A stretch of DNA of 63,183 bases from Acidobacteriota bacterium (GCA_022561975.1 JADFQD010000003.1:1-63183), one strand, 5' to 3'; counted from the stretch's first letter, positions 1 to 9,355 are shown. Program-made: numbers and translations. The notes: generated by a model from the letters alone, not told the origin.

Positions 1-1
1 T

Positions 2-421
2 TTGACCCTCGAAACCGCGTTCTCGGGCGGAATCCTGCTGTTGGCGCGGGACGGTGTCTTGAGGGACCTCGCCGCGCTCAGTGCGCACTACCGGCGGCTG
101 GCGGTGACCCGGCCTGCGGTCGAGCTTCTGGTACGGGCTCTGGCCGAGAGCAAGGTCGCTCGGGTCGAATGCCTGCTCGACCGGCCGATTTCGAACAGTG
201 CTCGGCTCAAGAAGGTGATCGAAGAGATCGCCGCCGCCGCCGGCGCGACCTGGGACGTGCGCCTCTCGGCGCGGACCGACCGAGATCTAAAGATCTCGCC
301 TCACGTCGTGGCCTCGGCCGACAGCGCGGTGATCGATGCCTGCGACCGCTGGGTGAATCTGGCGCGTTGGTTGGTCGAGACCCACTTGCCGGAAGCGTGG
401 ATGGTCGATCTGTCAATGTAG
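2..421 (+). CDS. hypothetical protein, 3' fragment (gene probably starts left of the window); PIN/NYN-like DUF434/DUF5616-type C-terminus suspected
   Basis: Frame is open from the window edge to TAG 419-421 with high GC3. The run RPISNSARLKKVIEE...VVASADSAVIDACDRWVNL recalls DUF5616-type proteins (from memory only). Confidence 0.55.
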   Translation: MTLETAFSGGILLLARDGVLRDLAALSAHYRRLAVTRPAVELLVRALAESKVARVECLLDRPISNSARLKKVIEEIAAAAGATWDVRLSARTDRDLKISPHVVASADSAVIDACDRWVNLARWLVETHLPEAWMVDLSM

Positions 422-483
422 CGGTCGACCGCCATGAAGATACTGGCGTCGGTCCGACAACTCGATTCTTGAAGGAGGTCTCA

Positions 484-939
484 ATGAGCTGGAAGCTGAT
501 CATTCTCGGTGGCTTGGCGTTCTACGTGGTCATGTTCATCGTTTCGATTCCGAGCGGCATGCTTATTCACAATGGCGTCTTGGATGCGCCCTATCGCGCC
601 AACTCAGAGTTCTGGCGGCCGGAGCTGAATCAGGATCCGCCCGATATGGCCGCTTTGATGCCTCGATGGATCGCGACCGGCCTGCTGACGACGTTCGTCT
701 TTGCCGCGATCTATGGTTGGCTCCGTCCGGCATTTTCGGGCGCGCCGTGGCAGAAAGGCCTGAAGTTCGGCCTGCTCCTGTCGGTTGTAGGGTGCTGCTT
801 CATGGCGGGGTGGTCCGGAGTCTTCAACCTTCCCGCCAAGATCTGGATGTGGTGGGGATTCGAACAGTTCCTCTACTACCTGCCGGGCGGCGCCGTCCTG
901 GGCTGGATCGGTCAGAAGCTGGCTCCCGAAGCCGGCTGA
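484..939 (+). CDS. small integral membrane protein (about 4 TM helices)
   Basis: ATG 484 follows GGAGG (474-478). Hydrophobic segments: LIILGGLAFYVVMFIV, ATGLLTTFVFAAIYGWL, FGLLLSVVGCCFMAGW, LYYLPGGAVLGWI. The upstream part of tracked ORF 169-939 is Arg-rich and not credible. Confidence 0.7.
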   Translation: MSWKLIILGGLAFYVVMFIVSIPSGMLIHNGVLDAPYRANSEFWRPELNQDPPDMAALMPRWIATGLLTTFVFAAIYGWLRPAFSGAPWQKGLKFGLLLSVVGCCFMAGWSGVFNLPAKIWMWWGFEQFLYYLPGGAVLGWIGQKLAPEAG

Positions 940-1063
940 TCGGGCGAGAGGGGGTTTTCGTCGAAAAGCGGGAACTTTCGTGCCCCCGGCCCGTTATACG
1001 TGCTGAAGTCCCGAGGTCTCGGAGCCAGGGGCTGAAAACCCACACGAAACTGGAGGATCCCGA

Positions 1064-2011
1064 ATGCGAGTAAATACCTGGAGAACGCCTGTGCTGTGCC
1101 TGACCGCAGTACTGAGCCTGATCGCCCTGGCCGGGCCGGCAGTCGCCGACGATGAAATCGAGGACGGCAAGAACGTGAAGATTAAGGTCATCGAGTGCGA
1201 AGACGGCGATTGCCAGGAGATGATCGAAAATTTGGTGGGCGGCGAAAAGATGAAGTTCTTCCTCGGCGACGACGTGGCCAAGAAGATCGTGATTCGTAAG
1301 ATTCACTGTGAAGGTGAAGACTGCGAAGAGCATTCGGGTGATTACAAGATGGTCTTCGTCAGGAAAGTCGGCGACGTCCAAGTCATAGCCGGGGACGGCG
1401 GTCACGCTTGGTTCGGCCACGGTGGTTTCGGAAGTGGTGGTGGCTACCTCGGGGTCGGCCTCACCGAGCTCACACCCGAGCTGCGCGAGCATTTCGGGGT
1501 GCCGGCGGGCACCGGGGTCATGGTCTCGAAAGTGATGGATGCCAGCCCGGCGCTCGAGGCCGGGCTGGAGGTCGGCGACATCATTGCCGGCGTAGACGGT
1601 GAGACGATCGACGGCGGCTGGGCTCTGGGCAAGAACATTCGCGGTCACGCAGCCGGTGAAGAAGTGGTGCTCGACGTGTGGCGCGACGGCGTTGCGCGCT
1701 CGATCACCGCCGTGGTCGAAGAGCGCGAGGGTGGCGGACTCCATGCCCTGCACATGGGCGACATGCACCACAGGGGAGACAGGCGGATGCACAAGATCAT
1801 CATCCGGTGCGACAGTGATGACGAGGATTGCGAATCGAGCTTCGACTTCGACCTGGATTTCGACTTCGATATCGCGGGGCTGGATGATTTCGACTGTGGC
1901 GGGTCCGATGAGTGCGACGTTCGAGTCGAATGCGAAGATGGCGGTTGCACCTGTACGATCAACGGCGAAGACGCCGACTGTGCCGGCATCCCGGGCGTTC
2001 CCGGTCTGTAG
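1064..2011 (+). CDS. secreted PDZ-domain protein with acidic Cys-pair repeats
   Basis: GGAGG 1052-1056 lies 7 nt before the ATG. Signal peptide LCLTAVLSLIALAGPAVA. PDZ core GYLGVGLTEL...GVMVSKVMDASPALEAGLEVGDIIAGVDGETI. Flanked by CEDGDC/CEGEDC/CDSDDEDC/CGGSDEC/CEDGGC motifs. Confidence 0.85.
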   Translation: MRVNTWRTPVLCLTAVLSLIALAGPAVADDEIEDGKNVKIKVIECEDGDCQEMIENLVGGEKMKFFLGDDVAKKIVIRKIHCEGEDCEEHSGDYKMVFVRKVGDVQVIAGDGGHAWFGHGGFGSGGGYLGVGLTELTPELREHFGVPAGTGVMVSKVMDASPALEAGLEVGDIIAGVDGETIDGGWALGKNIRGHAAGEEVVLDVWRDGVARSITAVVEEREGGGLHALHMGDMHHRGDRRMHKIIIRCDSDDEDCESSFDFDLDFDFDIAGLDDFDCGGSDECDVRVECEDGGCTCTINGEDADCAGIPGVPGL

Positions 2012-2035
2012 GTCCGCCCGCTGGATAGAGACCAT

Positions 2036-2072
2036 AGACCCGGCGTCCGACAGGTCGCCGGGTCTACGTTTG
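2036..2072 (+). terminator. intrinsic terminator candidate after the PDZ gene
   Basis: Perfect 10-bp stem AGACCCGGCG (2036-2045) / CGCCGGGTCT (2056-2065) with a 10-nt loop, followed by ACGTTTGT. Confidence 0.55.
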
Positions 2073-2169
2073 TCGAGCCGCGGCCCAAAGCCGACGGTTG
2101 CTCGCAAAAGCCAACTTTAGAGGGGTCGCGAGGGGCGCCCTTGGCGACATCGCGTATCCTTAGCGCACC

Positions 2170-4053
2170 ATGAAGAGGCTATTCGGACTCTCCGCACTCA
2201 CTCTCACGGCCCTGCTCTTCGCCGCGCTGCCGCTCACCGCGCAGCGCACCGTCAAACCCGTTCTTCACGGCAAGCACTGGGTGGCGATCACCGGCAAGCC
2301 CCTGGCGGCCACGGCCGGGGCCATGACCTTCATCCGCGGCGGCAACGCGGTCGATGCGGCCTGCGCCATGCTGGCCGCGACCGCGACGATGTGGGACACG
2401 CTGGGCTGGGGCGGCGAGACCCAAGCCCTGATCTACAATCCGAAAACCGGGAAAGTCATCGGCATCAACGCGCTCGGCGTCGCGCCGACGGGCGCGACCG
2501 TCGAGTTCTTCCGCGCGCGGGGGATGCCCTACCCGCCGGAGTTCGGACCCTTGGCTGCGGTGACTCCCGGGACTCCGGGTGGACTTCTGCTGATGCTCGC
2601 GGAGTACGGCACCTTGAGTCTGGCCGAAGTGCTCGAGCCTGCGATTGGGATGGCCGAGGGCTATCCGATCGAGGCCGCGCAGGCCGACAACATGGAACGG
2701 CGGCGCGAGATTCTGGCGCAGTGGCCGGACTCGAAGAAGGTGTTCCTGCCGCACTGGGACGGCGACGACCCGAAGGCCCGTGCCGCTCCCTACGCGGGTG
2801 AGATGTTTCGCCAGCCGGATCTGAAGAGGACCCTCGAGAAGCTGGTCGCGGCCGAGCGCAAGGCCTTGGCCGCGGGCAAGAGCCGCAAAGTTGCGATCGA
2901 GGCCGCCTACGAACGCTTCTATCGCGGCGACATTGCCGACGAGTTGGTGCGCGCAACCCAGGAGCACGGTGGCCTGATCACCAAGGACGATCTGGCCAGC
3001 TGGCGCGCCTATCTCGAAGAGCCGGTTTCGACCACCTACAAGGGCATCGAGGTCTTTAAGCTCACCCACTGGGTGCAGGGACCGGTAATGCTCCAGGCGC
3101 TCAATATTCTCGAGAATGTGGATCTCGTAGCGCGGGGGTACAACACCTCGGCCTACATTCACGCGCTCTATCAAGCGATGAATCTGGCATTCGCCGACCG
3201 AGATTTCTACTACGGAGACCCGTACTTTCCGCCGCAAGAGCCGATCGCCGGTTTGCTTTCCCGGGAGTACGCCAAGGCGCGCTTCGAAACCATTGACTGG
3301 GAGAAGAACGACGAGAGTGTTCGACCCGGGAATCCCTACGACTTCCAGGAGGGCGAGCACCCGTTCCCGGATCTGCTCGACCAATGGACGCCGATTCCGC
3401 CGCCGGCCGAAGCCCAGGGGGAAGAGGGGTTTCAGCAGTCTCTGGTGTTGACCGGTGAGGAGGCCTTCCGCGCCGGTACGACCTCGATTCAAGCCGCCGA
3501 CCACGAGGGCTGGGTGGTGTCGATCACCCCGAGTGGCGGCTGGATTCCGGCGTTCATTGCCGGTTCCACCGGCGTCGGACTCTCCCAGCGAATGCAGAGC
3601 TTCGTGCTCGACCGACGCATGAATCCCTACAATCTGGTCGAACCCGGGAAGCGCCCGCGCGCGACCTTGACCCCGGCGCTGGCGCTCGAGGACGGCAAGC
3701 CGTATCTCTCGTTCGCCGTCCAGGGAGGCGACACCCAGGATCAAAATCTTTTGCAGTTCTTCCTGAACGTGGTCGAATTCGGAATGAATGTGCAGCAGGC
3801 GGCCGAAGCCGCCAACATCACGAGCTATCAGATGCAGTCGTCCTTCGGCGCCCACAAAGCCGAGCCCGGGAGGCTGGTCGTTCGAGACGACGTCCCGGCA
3901 CGGGTTCGCGCCGAGCTGCGCGATGCCGGCTACCGCGTGGAAACCCGGAGCCGAACCTCGGGGCCGATCACCGCGATCTTCTTCGACCGCGAGCACGGTA
4001 CGCTCTGGGGAGCGGCTAGCGATTTTGGCGAAGACTACGGAATCGCATGGTAG
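2170..4053 (+). CDS. ggt: gamma-glutamyltransferase family protein (periplasmic)
   Basis: Signal peptide. N-terminal GKPLAATAGAMTFIRGGNAVDAACAM. Autoprocessing/nucleophile region AGTTSIQAAD. C-terminal GGDTQDQ. Length 627 aa is typical. Confidence 0.95.
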   Translation: MKRLFGLSALTLTALLFAALPLTAQRTVKPVLHGKHWVAITGKPLAATAGAMTFIRGGNAVDAACAMLAATATMWDTLGWGGETQALIYNPKTGKVIGINALGVAPTGATVEFFRARGMPYPPEFGPLAAVTPGTPGGLLLMLAEYGTLSLAEVLEPAIGMAEGYPIEAAQADNMERRREILAQWPDSKKVFLPHWDGDDPKARAAPYAGEMFRQPDLKRTLEKLVAAERKALAAGKSRKVAIEAAYERFYRGDIADELVRATQEHGGLITKDDLASWRAYLEEPVSTTYKGIEVFKLTHWVQGPVMLQALNILENVDLVARGYNTSAYIHALYQAMNLAFADRDFYYGDPYFPPQEPIAGLLSREYAKARFETIDWEKNDESVRPGNPYDFQEGEHPFPDLLDQWTPIPPPAEAQGEEGFQQSLVLTGEEAFRAGTTSIQAADHEGWVVSITPSGGWIPAFIAGSTGVGLSQRMQSFVLDRRMNPYNLVEPGKRPRATLTPALALEDGKPYLSFAVQGGDTQDQNLLQFFLNVVEFGMNVQQAAEAANITSYQMQSSFGAHKAEPGRLVVRDDVPARVRAELRDAGYRVETRSRTSGPITAIFFDREHGTLWGAASDFGEDYGIAW

Positions 4054-4076
4054 AGGAAGAGAAAGGGAGAGCAGTC

Positions 4077-4256
4077 ATGACCCAGACAGAGGACGGCTCC
4101 GAGGCCGAGCGGATCGAGGAGCTGATAGCGAGCGAAGCGAGCCCGGTCGGCATCGACGCCAAGAAGACACACGTCTTGATCATCCAGAAGCTACTGGAGA
4201 TCGAGCGCCGGCTTGAACGGATCGAGTTGCGGCTCGAGTCGCGCGCGGAACCGTAA
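4077..4256 (+). CDS. small acidic/coiled-coil protein (59 aa; alternative start ATG 4047 overlapping the ggt stop)
   Basis: GGGAGA 4065-4070 lies 6 nt before ATG 4077. High GC3 in this frame, including where it overlaps the tail of the opposite-strand ORF. Heptad-like KLLEIERRLERIELRLE. Confidence 0.4.
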   Translation: MTQTEDGSEAERIEELIASEASPVGIDAKKTHVLIIQKLLEIERRLERIELRLESRAEP

Positions 4257-5442
4257 CCCCCGTCTTCGAGATGTTCCCGAGCGCCGCGGTTCGGGCTGCC
4301 GCCAAGGGATGCTCGGACTTGTCGGGGGGTTCTTGGCGCGAGGCTCGAGTGGCGCGCTGCGGCAACTCGCCAGGGCTCTTGGTGAGCATCAGGGCGCGAC
4401 GCCCCTCGATCGCGTTGAGCCAAATCGGAACGTAGGCCAGTAGATCTTCGATCGAATGCTCGATGCGGGTCATGACCTCGAGGAGAAAATCGCTGATCAC
4501 ATGGTGGCTTGCCAGGAGGTCAACGATCCGGCGAGTCCGCTCGTCGAGGGTCTCTACCGGGCGCGCCATCAGTTGGTCGATCGAGCGCCGACCCAGCGCG
4601 TAGGTCTCTCTCAAGAGATAGCAATTATGAGGCACCTTGAAGGCGTACTCGTCGAGCGGCTCCATTTCGTCATAGCGAATCCCGGTCATCGCGAGGACTT
4701 CTTTGAGCTTCGGAGACAGGCCGTCGATCACCTCGTCGAGGAAGTGTTCGACCTTGTGCCAACTGGCCTGAGTCGGCAGGTGCGGTTCGTCACTGAGGCG
4801 GGCCGCGACCTCCTGCAGATCGCGCATGAGAACGCTGCCGATCTCCCGCATGTAATCGTTGAGTTTGTCCACGGATGCGTACAGCCACTCGGCTTCTTCG
4901 ATATCTTGGGGAAAGCGCTTCGACAGGTAGTAGTCCGAGTCATGCAGGCTGCGCGGATCGCACGCGACGATCTCGCCGAAGGTGTCGCGGAGAAACTCGT
5001 AGATCCTGCCGATCGAGCGGCACAGAAGTCTGCGCACGGCCGTGATGTCGTCTTCGGCAATGCGATAGGGGTACTGCTCCAAGCGGCAGATGACCGTATT
5101 GTTGAGCGCGAAGTAGGAAAGCTCGGCGTTTCGCCTTGCGGTGTCGAGCGCCGGGATCAGCGACGGCTCGTTCAGAGTCGGCGCCAACCGAGTCTGAATG
5201 ATCTGGCAGACTCTGCGCACCCGCCGCCAGATCTGGAGCAAGCGCCCGGGAGAGCAATGCAGGATGGCGTAGTTGCTTTCGTTGGTCTGGTCCAACAAGC
5301 GCAGCGAGCCGAGGTATACGCGGATCCGGGGGTTCTGCGTCCGGACCTTCTCGAGGGACCAAGAGACCACGCTGACACCCGGCGGCAGAGAGACCTGGTG
5401 CTCTCCAACCTGGATGTATTGCTTGGGCAGTGGTTCGGCCAT
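4180..5442 (-). CDS. hypothetical protein, no recognisable domain (420 aa from MAEPLPKQY)
   Basis: Long ORF with high GC3 and a diverse residue composition (Y, W, I, N, K), unlike the antisense ORF 4456-5826. The last 25 codons have low GC3 and overlap the convergent small ORF. Confidence 0.75.
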   Translation of the reverse strand: MAEPLPKQYIQVGEHQVSLPPGVSVVSWSLEKVRTQNPRIRVYLGSLRLLDQTNESNYAILHCSPGRLLQIWRRVRRVCQIIQTRLAPTLNEPSLIPALDTARRNAELSYFALNNTVICRLEQYPYRIAEDDITAVRRLLCRSIGRIYEFLRDTFGEIVACDPRSLHDSDYYLSKRFPQDIEEAEWLYASVDKLNDYMREIGSVLMRDLQEVAARLSDEPHLPTQASWHKVEHFLDEVIDGLSPKLKEVLAMTGIRYDEMEPLDEYAFKVPHNCYLLRETYALGRRSIDQLMARPVETLDERTRRIVDLLASHHVISDFLLEVMTRIEHSIEDLLAYVPIWLNAIEGRRALMLTKSPGELPQRATRASRQEPPDKSEHPLAAARTAALGNISKTGVTVPRATRAATRSVQAGARSPVASG

Positions 5443-5668
5443 GTTTCGAGAAACTCGCTTCCGACTCACCGAGACGGCGTGTCACCTTCGGTGACGAGCC
5501 CAAGACTTCGACCAGACGGGGGCGGGAAGCCTAACACAAGGATCCGCCGTAACCGCCTTGTTGTCAGAAGGTTCGGACCGAAGGAGGAGAACACTGTTGA
5601 CGTCCGTCTACGGCGCCGTGCCAGAATGTCGCGAGGCCCTGAAGGGCCCGTTCTCAAAAGGGGGATCG

Positions 5669-6298
5669 ATGAGACGCTATCTGACGGAAACTATCGGCAC
5701 ATTCTTTCTGGTCCTTACCATCGGCCTGACAGCGGTCTCTGGGTTCGACCAAGCGCCGCTTGCAATCGGTGCGATTCTCATGGTGATGGTCTACATGGGC
5801 GGCCACGTCTCGGGTGCTCACTATAATCCGGCGGTCAGCCTGGCCGTGATGATGCGCGGCAAACTTTCTCGCGGCGATTTCGGCGCCTATTGCGGGTCGC
5901 AGCTCGCCGGCGCGTTGCTGGCGGCGCTGGCCGTCAAAGCCATGACGGGTAGCACCTTCGCGCCCATGCCGGACGCCGGTGCGAGCCTTACCTCTGTGCT
6001 TCTGGCCGAGTTCTTGTTCACCTTCGCGCTGGCGTTGGTGGTTCTGCAAGTCGCGACTTCACCCAAGACAGAAGGCAATTCGTATTACGGTCTGGCGATT
6101 GGAGCCACGGTCGCGGCCGGCGCCATGGCGGTTGGCGGGATCTCGGGTGGAGCGTTCAATCCCGCGGTCGGCTTCGGGCCGACGATCATAAACACCGTGT
6201 TCGGCGGAGGCTCGCCGGAGTCTCTTTGGATCTATCTTGTCGCCCCGTTGCTCGGAGGCGCGGTCGCGGCGACCGCCTATCGTTTCCAAGAGCGGTAG
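5669..6298 (+). CDS. aquaporin/MIP-family channel
   Basis: Two NPA boxes (SGAHYNPAVS and GGAFNPAVG). Six hydrophobic helices. ATG at 5669 within tracked ORF 5558-6298. Confidence 0.95.
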   Translation: MRRYLTETIGTFFLVLTIGLTAVSGFDQAPLAIGAILMVMVYMGGHVSGAHYNPAVSLAVMMRGKLSRGDFGAYCGSQLAGALLAALAVKAMTGSTFAPMPDAGASLTSVLLAEFLFTFALALVVLQVATSPKTEGNSYYGLAIGATVAAGAMAVGGISGGAFNPAVGFGPTIINTVFGGGSPESLWIYLVAPLLGGAVAATAYRFQER

Positions 6299-6319
6299 CG
6301 GTAAATCACCGCGGTATGA

Positions 6320-6562
6320 TTATTCGCCCAGATCTACCCAGGCCTTGCAGACTTCGCGGATTGCGTCACCGTGGCTTTCCGAGAGTGCCTGTTCGGAGAA
6401 GCGGTCGATTTCGCTGGCTTCGACTCGGGCGAGGCGAAGTTCTTCGCGCACCGCGGCGACAAGAGCAAGCGGGTTCTCGCTGTCGGTGCGAACGCGGATC
6501 TTTGGATAGCGCACGAGGTTGTAAGTCTGCGAAGAGACAAATTGCTCTAAGAGCCTATGCAA
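6320..6562 (-). CDS. small hypothetical protein (80 aa or shorter)
   Basis: ORF lies between convergent and divergent neighbours with moderate GC3. The pattern VRTDSENPLALVAAVREELRLARV..EIDRF..EALS..HGD.I.EVC..WV recalls a small protein family often seen in phage and actinobacterial contexts (memory only). Start is uncertain. Confidence 0.45.
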   Translation of the reverse strand: MHRLLEQFVSSQTYNLVRYPKIRVRTDSENPLALVAAVREELRLARVEASEIDRFSEQALSESHGDAIREVCKAWVDLGE

Positions 6563-6743
6563 GAGGGTTGCCGCCAGGTGTTCGATGTCGAGTGCGTGTC
6601 AGGCGGTATTTCTGACTAGTCGCTTCGCCTTTATTGCCAACATCTAACGCCTGGAAGGTCAGCTTGGCTCGGTGCAAGCCAATCTGGCGAACTTGACCGT
6701 ACCGCTTGCGCTGTCCCGCCGAGACTCGATATGTTTCAGACGC

Positions 6744-7697
6744 ATGGAAGGCCGCTATGAAACAGCTATTGTCGGCGGAGGTCCGGCGGGCCTGACGGCA
6801 GCCATTCACCTGGCGTGGCACCAGCGCAAGGTGGTGGTGATGGATCGGCGCAGCGGACCGCTCTTTTTTACCCTCGAAGGCCTCCACAATGTCCCGGGAG
6901 TACCGGTGGTGCGAGGACTCGATCTTCAGAAGAAGCTCATGGCGCAGGCCAAGGAGCTCGAAGTCGAGATCGTGCGCACCAACGTTGTTTCGGCTTCCGG
7001 CACGGCCGGCGAGTTCCTACTCGAAGGCGAGAGCGGCGACCGATGGCTAGCCGATACAGTACTGTTGGCTACCGGAGTGGCGCGTTACCATCCTACCATC
7101 GACGGCGATTTTCGCCCGTGTTTCAAGTACGCGGGCAAGGGCAACCTCTTCTACTGTCCGGATTGTGAAGCGCCCGAAATTCGCGACAAGAAGACCCTGG
7201 TCATAGGCGTCGGATCGGCCAATGACGCGGCGGGAATGGCGATCGGACTGTCTCGCTACACCGATGATCTTTCGATTCTTCTGACCGGCGACGTTGCCAT
7301 GTCGCGAGAGCGTGCCGAGCAGCTCGAGACCAAGGGCATCACGGTCGCCGCGGGCGATATTGTCGAGATGATAGGCAGTGGGCGCCGTCTCGCGGGGCTT
7401 CGAGTTCGAGGCCGGGACCAGGGCGAACGCAGGTTCGACGCCGAGGCTTTTTTCGTTTCGAGCCCCGCCCGGGGGAGGACCGATCTGGCCCAGCAGCTCG
7501 GTGTTGAAATGGCGGCGACGCAGAACCACGCGCAACCCCGCTCTCAGCGCGGCGACACCAATATCGAAGGCGTCTGGATCGCGGGCGATCTGAGGCCGAT
7601 GACTCAACAGGTTGCCGTCGCGATGGGAACCGGCAATATCGCCGCCGTCATGATCGACCAAACCTTGCGCCGCAAAGAAGTACTGCCCGGATCCTGA
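6744..7697 (+). CDS. FAD-dependent pyridine nucleotide-disulfide oxidoreductase, thioredoxin-reductase-like
   Basis: GGGPAGLTAA dinucleotide fold at the N-terminus. CxxC (FYCPDCEA). Second Rossmann motif LVIGVGSANDAAG. C-terminal VWIAGD. Confidence 0.85.
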   Translation: MEGRYETAIVGGGPAGLTAAIHLAWHQRKVVVMDRRSGPLFFTLEGLHNVPGVPVVRGLDLQKKLMAQAKELEVEIVRTNVVSASGTAGEFLLEGESGDRWLADTVLLATGVARYHPTIDGDFRPCFKYAGKGNLFYCPDCEAPEIRDKKTLVIGVGSANDAAGMAIGLSRYTDDLSILLTGDVAMSRERAEQLETKGITVAAGDIVEMIGSGRRLAGLRVRGRDQGERRFDAEAFFVSSPARGRTDLAQQLGVEMAATQNHAQPRSQRGDTNIEGVWIAGDLRPMTQQVAVAMGTGNIAAVMIDQTLRRKEVLPGS

Positions 7698-7786
7698 GCG
7701 CTCCGGCCGACCACCAGCCGGAAGGAATGGCTGCTATGATCGACGGGTGAGGCCCTTGCAATGTTCGAGTCCGAGAGGTGGCTTCT

Positions 7787-8584
7787 ATGCCCAGAGGTAG
7801 ACAGATATTGTTTCGAAGCCTGAGTACGTCGATCATTTCGTGGCTCGCGTTATGCGCGGTGCCGCTCGGCGCCTCCGAGACGGCTTCGGAGATCGTCGAT
7901 GCCATGATCGAAGCACATGGCGGCATGGAGGTGTGGCGCCAAGCTCCTACCGTGAGCTTTGTCGACGAGTTGGCCCCCGCGGGCGCGGAAGAAACTCGGT
8001 CGAGCGTCACCGTGGAACAGAGCCGGCGGCGCGCCTACATCGATTTTCCGGGAACCGAGATGCGCCTCGGCTGGGATGGCGAGAAGGCGTGGAGCGAGAA
8101 TTGGCAGCTACCCTTTCCGCCGCGGTTCTTGGCGCTTCTCAATTACTATTTCCTGAATCTTCCCTGGCTGGTCAAGGACCCGGGTGTGGTTCTTTCCGAA
8201 CCCGAAACGGCGCGGCTCTTTGACGACCCCACCGACTACGTGACCATCCGGATGACCTTCGAAGCCGGCGTGGGTGACACGCCCGAGGACTACTATGTCC
8301 TCTACATCCATCCCGAAACCAACCGGCTCGCGGCCTGTGAGTACATCGTGACCTACACGTCGCTGCTTCCGGAAGGCGCCGAATCAACGAATCCGCACGT
8401 TCTGATCTACGATCAGTGGACAGAGGTGAGTGGCCTTCGGGTCCCGACGCACTACACGATCTATGAGCAGGACCACTCTGTCTACGCGACCTGTGACGTG
8501 TCGGACTGGTCCTTCGAGAAAGGTTTCGATCTCGCTCGCATGACTGTGCCTCCGGGCGCGGTCGTTGACACGTCGACGCCTTGA
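7787..8584 (+). CDS. secreted hypothetical protein (LolA-like/DUF6503-like suspected)
   Basis: ATG 7787 follows GAGAGGTGG. Signal peptide SIISWLALCAVPLGA. Beta-rich sequence. The family name is from memory only. Confidence 0.7.
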   Translation: MPRGRQILFRSLSTSIISWLALCAVPLGASETASEIVDAMIEAHGGMEVWRQAPTVSFVDELAPAGAEETRSSVTVEQSRRRAYIDFPGTEMRLGWDGEKAWSENWQLPFPPRFLALLNYYFLNLPWLVKDPGVVLSEPETARLFDDPTDYVTIRMTFEAGVGDTPEDYYVLYIHPETNRLAACEYIVTYTSLLPEGAESTNPHVLIYDQWTEVSGLRVPTHYTIYEQDHSVYATCDVSDWSFEKGFDLARMTVPPGAVVDTSTP

Positions 8585-8695
8585 AGCCGCGCTGGGTCTG
8601 GCTCAGGTAGCCGGCTTGCCGTCTGGATAAGCCGAGCCGTTCAGGTTCTCACCCAGCTCAGCAGAGCTGAGCCAGTGTGCGTCGGATGGCTGCGA

Positions 8696-9149
8696 TCAGA
8701 CGCTGCTGGCCAGCCGCTCGAGCGCAGCGGAGAGATCACGACCGCGGTTGTACTTACGACCCTCGATGAGACGCACAAGCGCGCGCCCGGTCTCGAAATG
8801 CGCGGCAGTCGCCAAAGAGGCCAACGCGACGAGATCGGCGGCGTCCTGCGGCCGAGTGCTGTCGTCACGCGACAGCAGCTTGAGTGCGATCAGCTCCGGC
8901 AGACCCGCGACGGGCACGGTAAGACCCGGTAACACTTCGAGCGGCTCGGCCGAAGACACTACTTCGGGTTCGATGCCCGAGCTCGCGAAGAGCAGGTCGA
9001 CGATAACGCCGCCAGGATCCCGGCCGGGCGGCACAAGGCGTGCGGTGGCGAAGCGGCCTGTGGTCCAGCCCACCGACAAGTGCCCACCCGAATCCTTTCT
9101 GATTCAGAAGCTTGCCGATGTCGCCGAGTGCGGTCTGCAGGCGATTCAT
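8696..9149 (-). pseudogene. nucleotidyltransferase-family (AbiEii/MNT-like) gene remnant: core deleted plus frameshift
   Basis: N-terminus MNRLQTALGDIGKLLNQKGFGWALVGG (frame from ATG 9149) joins, in another frame near 9060-9079, to ..TGRFATARLV..VIVDLLFASSGIEPEVV...IALKLLSRDD.TRPQDAADL (ORF 8696-9079). The expected roughly 50-aa DxD catalytic segment between them is missing. Confidence 0.55.
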
Positions 9150-9355
9150 CGCGCCGCGCGAGAAGGCCCAGGGCAATCCCCGCGCTCGGCGCCGGGTCGT
9201 TGTCGAAGCCAATCGACCAACAGATCCTCCACCTCGTTCGCGGTCATTGTCGGGTCGCTACGCGTGAGCTTGAGCCGCATCATGCCTTCACCTGCCGCGA
9301 AGAGATCGAGGGCGGTTTGGAAGTGAGATAGCGCCAAGTTTTCTTCGCTCTGCAC
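9146..9355 (-). CDS. small partner protein of the NTase module (antitoxin-like, 69 aa)
   Basis: Stop overlaps the NTase ATG as ATGA (9146-9149). C-terminal WLRQRPGAERGD motif. Confidence 0.5.
   Translation of the reverse strand: MQSEENLALSHFQTALDLFAAGEGMMRLKLTRSDPTMTANEVEDLLVDWLRQRPGAERGDCPGPSRAAR

Noticed and set aside
2179-3996. 605-aa ORF antisense to ggt. Similar long antisense or alternate-frame ORFs occur at 824-2107, 4456-5826, 9365-10462, 18930-20330, 25120-25908, 29312-30541, 44550-45494, 51315-52757, 59644-60990 and 60991-62247.
   Set aside because: These are typical high-GC shadow ORFs. They are Arg/Gly/Pro/Ala-rich, have low GC3 in their own frame, and each lies opposite a gene with clear family motifs.
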